The notes under the pieces were generated by a model. That model was not told where the DNA came from. It saw only the letters and a list, made by a program, of their open reading frames with translations, and searched no databases. Source: a virus (Duplodnaviria > Caudoviricetes). From it: 64,000 nucleotides of DNA. How positions within the stretch are numbered: position 1 is the stretch's first letter; each line of letters begins with the position of its first letter. The stretch is taken from positions 1 to 64,000 of the IMG/VR virus record IMGVR_UViG_3300014641_000001. One strand, 5' to 3'. Below, in pieces: positions 58,850 to 64,000 of this stretch. A program made the translations under genes and the position numbers.

Positions 58850-59443
58850 CTACTTATAGCTACTTCCTAGCATACCCATACCACGTTCACTAGTAATGGA
58901 TTTAAGTTCATCATACGAGATTTCTTTTGAGATCATTTTAGGAATTGGTAATATTAGCGCTTGGCATATTGCTTTAGAATATGGGTAGATAATTGTTGGA
59001 TTTTCTTCAATGTCTAATCCATCTACTTTTAAATATATACGACATTCAAAATCGTCTATGTATATTCCTCCATATTCGTCATAAACGCCATATATATCTG
59101 TAAGTTCCTTTAAGGAAAATTTAGAAATAATCATTTCTTTATTGGTTGTGTTCGTAATAGGACATAGCCATTCATTCCTGAAGCCACTATCTATAATTCC
59201 CGATCTCTGGGCGATTCCTTTTGTCCCTGTAGATCCCCTTTCTTTTAATACGGCAACATAATCATTTGAAAACGCACTTGCAATTCCTGTTGGGATTAAT
59301 TTCGTTTCATGAGTGGGAACTATAATATAGTCCTCTTCAAAACAAGGGTAAATGTCATATCCTGCGTCTTCAGTCCTTTTCGTTGGTATAATTGCGTTTG
59401 GTTTAACCTTTGCCCATAATAATTTGTTGGTACTTACTATCAT
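58850..59443 (-). CDS. dut: dUTPase (trimeric)
   Basis: 'AGYD', 'ERGS', 'GIIDSGFR', 'RGMGMLGS'. Confidence 0.92.
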   Translation of the reverse strand: MIVSTNKLLWAKVKPNAIIPTKRTEDAGYDIYPCFEEDYIIVPTHETKLIPTGIASAFSNDYVAVLKERGSTGTKGIAQRSGIIDSGFRNEWLCPITNTTNKEMIISKFSLKELTDIYGVYDEYGGIYIDDFECRIYLKVDGLDIEENPTIIYPYSKAICQALILPIPKMISKEISYDELKSITSERGMGMLGSSYK

Positions 59444-59455
59444 TTAATTCTCCTT

Positions 59456-59557
59456 CTATTCGTCATCTGTATCCCAATTTCTAGAACTAGCTACACACAA
59501 AGATGTTAAGATTAGTCCTAGTAGTGCACCGACAAATAATCCTACTATAAACCACAT
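59456..59557 (-). CDS. Small membrane peptide (33 aa)
   Basis: AAGGAG SD; 'MWFIVGLFVGALLGLILTSLCVASS'. Confidence 0.6.
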   Translation of the reverse strand: MWFIVGLFVGALLGLILTSLCVASSRNWDTDDE

Positions 59558-59584
59558 AATCTATTTCTCCTTATAATAATTTTC

Positions 59585-60067
59585 TTAGCTTATTTTTTCT
59601 GCATATTGATTGTTACTTGCTAAATAAACACCCAATGCATCATCATAGTGTTTTTCATGGCCAGGTATATATCTGCCAAATTTTACTATTACGTTCTCGT
59701 ATTGTTGTAAACAATCTATTTGTTTAATAATCTCATCTCTGTAATAACCCGTATATATAACAAAATCATCATTGCATTTGTTCACCCTAAAATGGTCCAC
59801 TAAATTAACCACTTCTTCAAACTGTAAAAACGGCTCCAAGCCTCCAATAACTATCGCTTTTGTAATTGAATTATTAATATATCTACGGAATATTTCATCA
59901 GTAGACATATTAATAATTTTAGAGGTTGCAAGTGATGAGTTTTGACACACGGACTTGTCAAGACATTGCTCATTGCAGCATTTCCAATCGCAGACGATAG
60001 AACCTATAAACAATGAAGGCTTTTTGTAATTTACAAAATCCTCATCTCGTAACCCCTTGATTCTCAT
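59585..60067 (-). CDS. nrdG: Anaerobic RNR activase (radical SAM)
   Basis: 'CDWKC...CQN', 'GGLEP', 'YTGY', 'KFGRY', 'SNNQ'; next to nrdD. Confidence 0.88.
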   Translation of the reverse strand: MRIKGLRDEDFVNYKKPSLFIGSIVCDWKCCNEQCLDKSVCQNSSLATSKIINMSTDEIFRRYINNSITKAIVIGGLEPFLQFEEVVNLVDHFRVNKCNDDFVIYTGYYRDEIIKQIDCLQQYENVIVKFGRYIPGHEKHYDDALGVYLASNNQYAEKIS

Positions 60068-61993
60068 TTAACCTATCTCCCTCATTCTATCCATTTCAAA
60101 CCAATCTCTTTTTACAAACTCTGATTTTCTTTCTTTGGAATATGTTTTTTCAGGAGTTAAGAATCCAACGATTCTTTGCCATGTAGTTTCAACCGGTTCC
60201 CCACAGTATGGGCATATTGTTCCGTAAAATCCGTGATTATTTTTACATGTACTAATTCTCAAACAGAAAGCAAAATAAACCACACCTTGATCTGCGACAT
60301 AATTTAGCATATCCCAGGCTGTATCAAAGTTCTCCAATGGAGCGTCTAAATTAATATGTGCTATACTTCCACCTGAACAAGCCTTATCAAGAATAGCACT
60401 AAGTCTTATTTTCTCCTGCAATGTAGTTTTCACGCCAAGTGGAATCCACTGGTTGCCATATAGGGGGAGTTCATATGCTTCATCTGGATAAAAGAATCTA
60501 TCTTTTTCCATAAGAATCGCTGCCGCTCTCTCAGCAGGTATTTCTTCAATATTTATCTGATAGTCTTTATTAGTCCCAAAATCATTCTTTGTATCTGTAA
60601 TCATTTTCAGAATGTCTTTTGCAAACTCGATGCCATCGGTAGAGTAGAATGTGTTGCTAAACTCGTCTTTATTGGTATATCCAAACTTCTGTAAGGCTTC
60701 ATAAACACCAATGATGCCAATTGTGTTATATTGAGACTCTATAGACATTACATCTTTTGAATAATTTGGTAACAATCCTTTCTTTATATTTCTTTCAATA
60801 ATACCCCTTACACAATCAAGAGCCTGAAGGTTAAGAATCACTAAATCCTTCAATGCACCTAAATAGTCTTCTTTTGTACTATTTTCATATGCAATCCTAG
60901 CAAGGTTTATAGTATTTACCTTAATGCTACCTACTTCTAGAGCCGTACCTCCTATCGAATTAAAATAACCTAGGTTCTTAACATCGCTAATCAGACGACA
61001 GCAGTTGCTTAATGAGGTAATATCATCGCTTACAAAAAAGTTACTGTCAGCCCACTTCATATTATGTTTACAACACCACTTAGCGAAATCTTCGTCTACA
61101 AACTTTCCATCTTTACGGAGCAACGAATAAGAAAGTACCGGAAAAGTCATCATGTTCTTACTTCTAACTTCGCTTACCACTTCCATAAAACTCTTCTGGT
61201 ACTCAATCAGTTCATCAATATAGTCAATAATAAATGTGCCGTCTGGGAATTCTTTGCCGCCATATAAAGATTCCATATATGGATGATCAAAGATAGAGAA
61301 ATTCGTAAACGCCGACTGATTTACTCTCAAATATGGCTGATTTAATTTGTAGATAATCCTTTGGAATTCTTGATCCCGGTATCTTTCTGGTGTGCCGGTA
61401 TAATAACCATCTTCTACATCCTTTTTCCAGAAATAAAATGAGTAAATTAAGAAGCTAGGTAGTCCACAAGCTCCTGATGTTCTATTGCTTGTCCAGCTTA
61501 CAAATTCACCGACAAAATCAGTATATGTAACTAAGTGTTTTGGAGGCTGAGCGTTAAAGTTGTCAATAAAATATAGACCTTTCTTCACCAAGCGTTCAAT
61601 ATCATAAGCAAAGCAATATGGTTTCATTGTGGAGCTAGCAGCATCATGTAAATAAAAATGTCCGTCCCACTCAGCTTTCAACCATTCATTTGCCGTCTTG
61701 AATCCATATTTCTTATTTAACTCGTAGTAGATCTTGTTGAACGCAAGCAACTTTGAGTGAGGTTTATTCATTTCTGCCTCTAGAGAACAGATATCTTTTG
61801 TCCCAGCATTAGCATTACCATCTATACTTGCATCTGCCACAGTCTGTTTATCTACGAAATTGTCAATGAAATCAGTATAGCTAAGTTGAGCCTCTGAAAA
61901 TCCATTCAGTCTTGCCATTTCTTCTCCATACTCATTAAGCATTTTATTAAATGCCGTGGTAAAATTTTTATTCAGTTTGATATTAATGTCCAT
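60068..61993 (-). CDS. nrdD: Class III ribonucleotide reductase, no ATP cone
   Basis: 'YLHD', 'PYC', 'SNCCRL', 'IPAE', glycyl-radical loop 'RIVGFL'. Confidence 0.92.
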   Translation of the reverse strand: MDINIKLNKNFTTAFNKMLNEYGEEMARLNGFSEAQLSYTDFIDNFVDKQTVADASIDGNANAGTKDICSLEAEMNKPHSKLLAFNKIYYELNKKYGFKTANEWLKAEWDGHFYLHDAASSTMKPYCFAYDIERLVKKGLYFIDNFNAQPPKHLVTYTDFVGEFVSWTSNRTSGACGLPSFLIYSFYFWKKDVEDGYYTGTPERYRDQEFQRIIYKLNQPYLRVNQSAFTNFSIFDHPYMESLYGGKEFPDGTFIIDYIDELIEYQKSFMEVVSEVRSKNMMTFPVLSYSLLRKDGKFVDEDFAKWCCKHNMKWADSNFFVSDDITSLSNCCRLISDVKNLGYFNSIGGTALEVGSIKVNTINLARIAYENSTKEDYLGALKDLVILNLQALDCVRGIIERNIKKGLLPNYSKDVMSIESQYNTIGIIGVYEALQKFGYTNKDEFSNTFYSTDGIEFAKDILKMITDTKNDFGTNKDYQINIEEIPAERAAAILMEKDRFFYPDEAYELPLYGNQWIPLGVKTTLQEKIRLSAILDKACSGGSIAHINLDAPLENFDTAWDMLNYVADQGVVYFAFCLRISTCKNNHGFYGTICPYCGEPVETTWQRIVGFLTPEKTYSKERKSEFVKRDWFEMDRMREIG

Positions 61994-62207
61994 TTGTGTC
62001 TCCTTGCTCCATTGTTTTTATCCATTTTGTTGCTTCTAAAAAGTCAATAACTACATCATCTACTTCTAACATAGGGGCCGATAAGAATCCCTTCTCTAAC
62101 ATAACGCTCGTATCATTAATTTCTTCAAAAACAATACTTTTTTCGATTAACTTCTTTTTTAAAACTTCACACCTTGGACAATGTGTAGAATATAATTTGA
62201 TTTGCAA
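61983..62207 (-). CDS. Glutaredoxin/NrdH-like redoxin
   Basis: 'YSTHCPRC' and 'SAPML'. Confidence 0.82.
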   Translation of the reverse strand: MQIKLYSTHCPRCEVLKKKLIEKSIVFEEINDTSVMLEKGFLSAPMLEVDDVVIDFLEATKWIKTMEQGDTNGH

Positions 62208-62226
62208 GTCTCAATCCTCCTCCTTA

Positions 62227-62688
62227 TTAACCGTAATATTTTTCTATGTACTCCAAAGCATCTAATCTTGCATCATACCCTGTTTCAATCCTATTACAAC
62301 ACTCGACCACAAACGGGTGACATACTTTCTTTAAATCTAATGGTAATGTACCACCGCCAATCTCAATCTCATCATCTTCCAGGAATCCGATAATTGGTTT
62401 TCTTGCTTTCCATGCCCAAGCAATTTCCATAATACTTCCTACCGATTGCCTTATACTCTGAAGATTAACTAATATTACATCAGCCTTTTCAACCCTGTTA
62501 TCACAAAATCTAAGGATTTCAGTATCAGACTTATGAAGTTGCTCACGGTAATTATAGTAATTGTTTGGATTCCAAGCCCTAAAAGAGTCAGAATTATTTT
62601 CAAACCATTTAATGCAAATTTCCCTCCACCAGTTACTGTCTTCAAAATTGACTTTTTCTGATGCTCCACATAACCAAACATGTTTCAT
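62227..62688 (-). CDS. Nucleoside 2-deoxyribosyltransferase-like protein
   Basis: 'ADVILVNL...SVGSIMEIAWA...KPII'. Confidence 0.8.
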   Translation of the reverse strand: MKHVWLCGASEKVNFEDSNWWREICIKWFENNSDSFRAWNPNNYYNYREQLHKSDTEILRFCDNRVEKADVILVNLQSIRQSVGSIMEIAWAWKARKPIIGFLEDDEIEIGGGTLPLDLKKVCHPFVVECCNRIETGYDARLDALEYIEKYYG

Positions 62689-62703
62689 TTCACTCCTCCC
62701 TTC

Positions 62704-62916
62704 CTATAAGTCCCAATTCGATTTCAAGCTTGATTCACTACTATAGGGTACATTTAACCGCTTTAGTTCATGGTTCAGTATTGTATCGTAGAAAACTGAT
62801 ACTTCATATCCATGCTTCATCTGCTCAATCTCGATTTCGTAAATATGGCCTTTAATAAATCCCATGGCATTTGATTTTCCTTTGTAAGTGCTTAACATTC
62901 TCTCATTGAAAACCAT
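62704..62916 (-). CDS. Small hypothetical protein
   Basis: In-operon ORF. Confidence 0.5.
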   Translation of the reverse strand: MVFNERMLSTYKGKSNAMGFIKGHIYEIEIEQMKHGYEVSVFYDTILNHELKRLNVPYSSESSLKSNWDL

Positions 62917-62946
62917 CTTTCATTGATCCTTTCTATCTATCGCCAA

Positions 62947-63648
62947 TCAATATTGGCTAACAGGTCGCTTTCTGACCTCTTCATTAATAGAATCTACTAC
63001 TTGTTGTACATCTTTATTTCCATCTACAACGAAATCAACTTCGTCCTTTATTCCTAAGAACATTCCAAAGTCTCTTTCAACTCTTGAGCATATTTCGTTT
63101 TTATCGTCGAATGTAAACTTATCAATTCCACATCTCTTTATGTAACGAATTACTCTGTTTCCAAGGTTAGTATCAATATATATCGTAAATAAGTTCTTCG
63201 AAGTATCAAGGCTTCTGTTTAATTGACGTATTCCATTAGGTGTAAGTACCACCACTCTGTTTCCACTCATATATTCGCTTTTTGGTGTACCGTAGAATCT
63301 ATTTTGAGAATATTCTTCATATTCAGCGAAAAAACCCTCATCTAATAGCTTCTTAAACTCATCATTTGATATAAACCAGTAATCTTCACCATTAACCTCA
63401 TTTTCTCTTTTGTTTCTTGTAGTATAAGAAATGATCTTTTTATATCCTAGTTTTGATACCAAATAATCTTCGACCGTTGATTTCCCAGATCCAGAAGCGC
63501 CTATCAATATAATTGTATATGGATTATGATTTTTGTTCGTTGGAGTATAACGCTCACCACAAGCGCTGTTTTTGTCTATCCAACAATTGTTATCTATATG
63601 TATGCATCTCTGACAAATAATGCTACTTGGATTTCCCAATTTACTCAC
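62947..63648 (-). CDS. gmk: Guanylate kinase with Cys-rich N-terminal extension
   Basis: 'GASGSGKST', 'SYTTR..R..EVNGEDYWF', 'FYGT'. Confidence 0.88.
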   Translation of the reverse strand: MSKLGNPSSIICQRCIHIDNNCWIDKNSACGERYTPTNKNHNPYTIILIGASGSGKSTVEDYLVSKLGYKKIISYTTRNKRENEVNGEDYWFISNDEFKKLLDEGFFAEYEEYSQNRFYGTPKSEYMSGNRVVVLTPNGIRQLNRSLDTSKNLFTIYIDTNLGNRVIRYIKRCGIDKFTFDDKNEICSRVERDFGMFLGIKDEVDFVVDGNKDVQQVVDSINEEVRKRPVSQY

Positions 63649-64000
63649 CTCCCAATACTAATTCTCTAAACATCGGTAGCTCTTCAACCCATTTACAAAA
63701 TGCTCTCCATTCAAGGAGTCGGTGATTTCTTCGCTGATAATACATAGTCTTCAACTGCTGATAATTTGTAGTAAATCCAGCAGTTAACTCAAACCCGGAA
63801 GGAACGTTATATAGAATTGTCAAATATAATTCCATTGCAAACTCAGTCCCTTTGTCTTCCAACCCGTTATAGACATCAATCATTTCTTGAACTACATCAA
63901 TTATTCTCTGATCTACATATTCATTACATTGATTTTTAAAAGCAAATTTTGTGATACGATGCATAGTTGACTGACTGGAAATAAAGTCTATGAAGTGGTA
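63641..64000 (-). CDS. ThyX-like protein, partial (runs off the window)
   Basis: 'SSQSTMHR', 'TNYQQLKTMYYQRRNHRL.EW'; in the nucleotide metabolism cluster. Confidence 0.55.
   Translation of the reverse strand, partial: YHFIDFISSQSTMHRITKFAFKNQCNEYVDQRIIDVVQEMIDVYNGLEDKGTEFAMELYLTILYNVPSGFELTAGFTTNYQQLKTMYYQRRNHRLLEWRAFCKWVEELPMFRELVLGGE

Noticed and set aside
1737-62855. Many 60-140 aa ORFs antisense to or overlapping long genes
   Set aside because: Shadow ORFs with no SD or recognisable motifs

Overview
This window is part of a large, AT-rich, temperate SPbeta-like siphophage, most likely infecting a Clostridia/Lachnospiraceae host (host inferred from the type of cell-wall-binding repeats). 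The plus strand from 1 to 55.2 kb carries a YonO-like single-subunit RNA polymerase, MBL and metallophosphoesterase genes, HU, an antirepressor, a second tyrosine recombinase, four tRNAs (including a rare Ile-UAU), an endolysin, the terminase-portal-capsid-tail module, a holin and a solo TnpB. The minus strand from 55.4 to 64 kb carries an apparently intact attP, integrase, excisionase and nucleotide metabolism genes (dut, nrdDG, NrdH-like, NDT, gmk, ThyX-like). The main finding is that the tape measure gene is split into three exons (35781-37153, 39245-39434, 42519-47333; about 2125 aa when joined) by two group I introns. Intron 1 carries a homing endonuclease and appears to use a C-G pair rather than U-G at its 5' splice site. 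Intron 2 has no recognisable endonuclease. Its predicted 3' splice site lies about 2.6 kb beyond the ribozyme core, and the intervening stretch holds five accessory genes on both strands with their own promoters and terminators. This looks like a self-splicing (possibly trans-splicing) cargo site inside an essential virion gene. All family calls come from motifs and gene order read by eye; no database searches were run.
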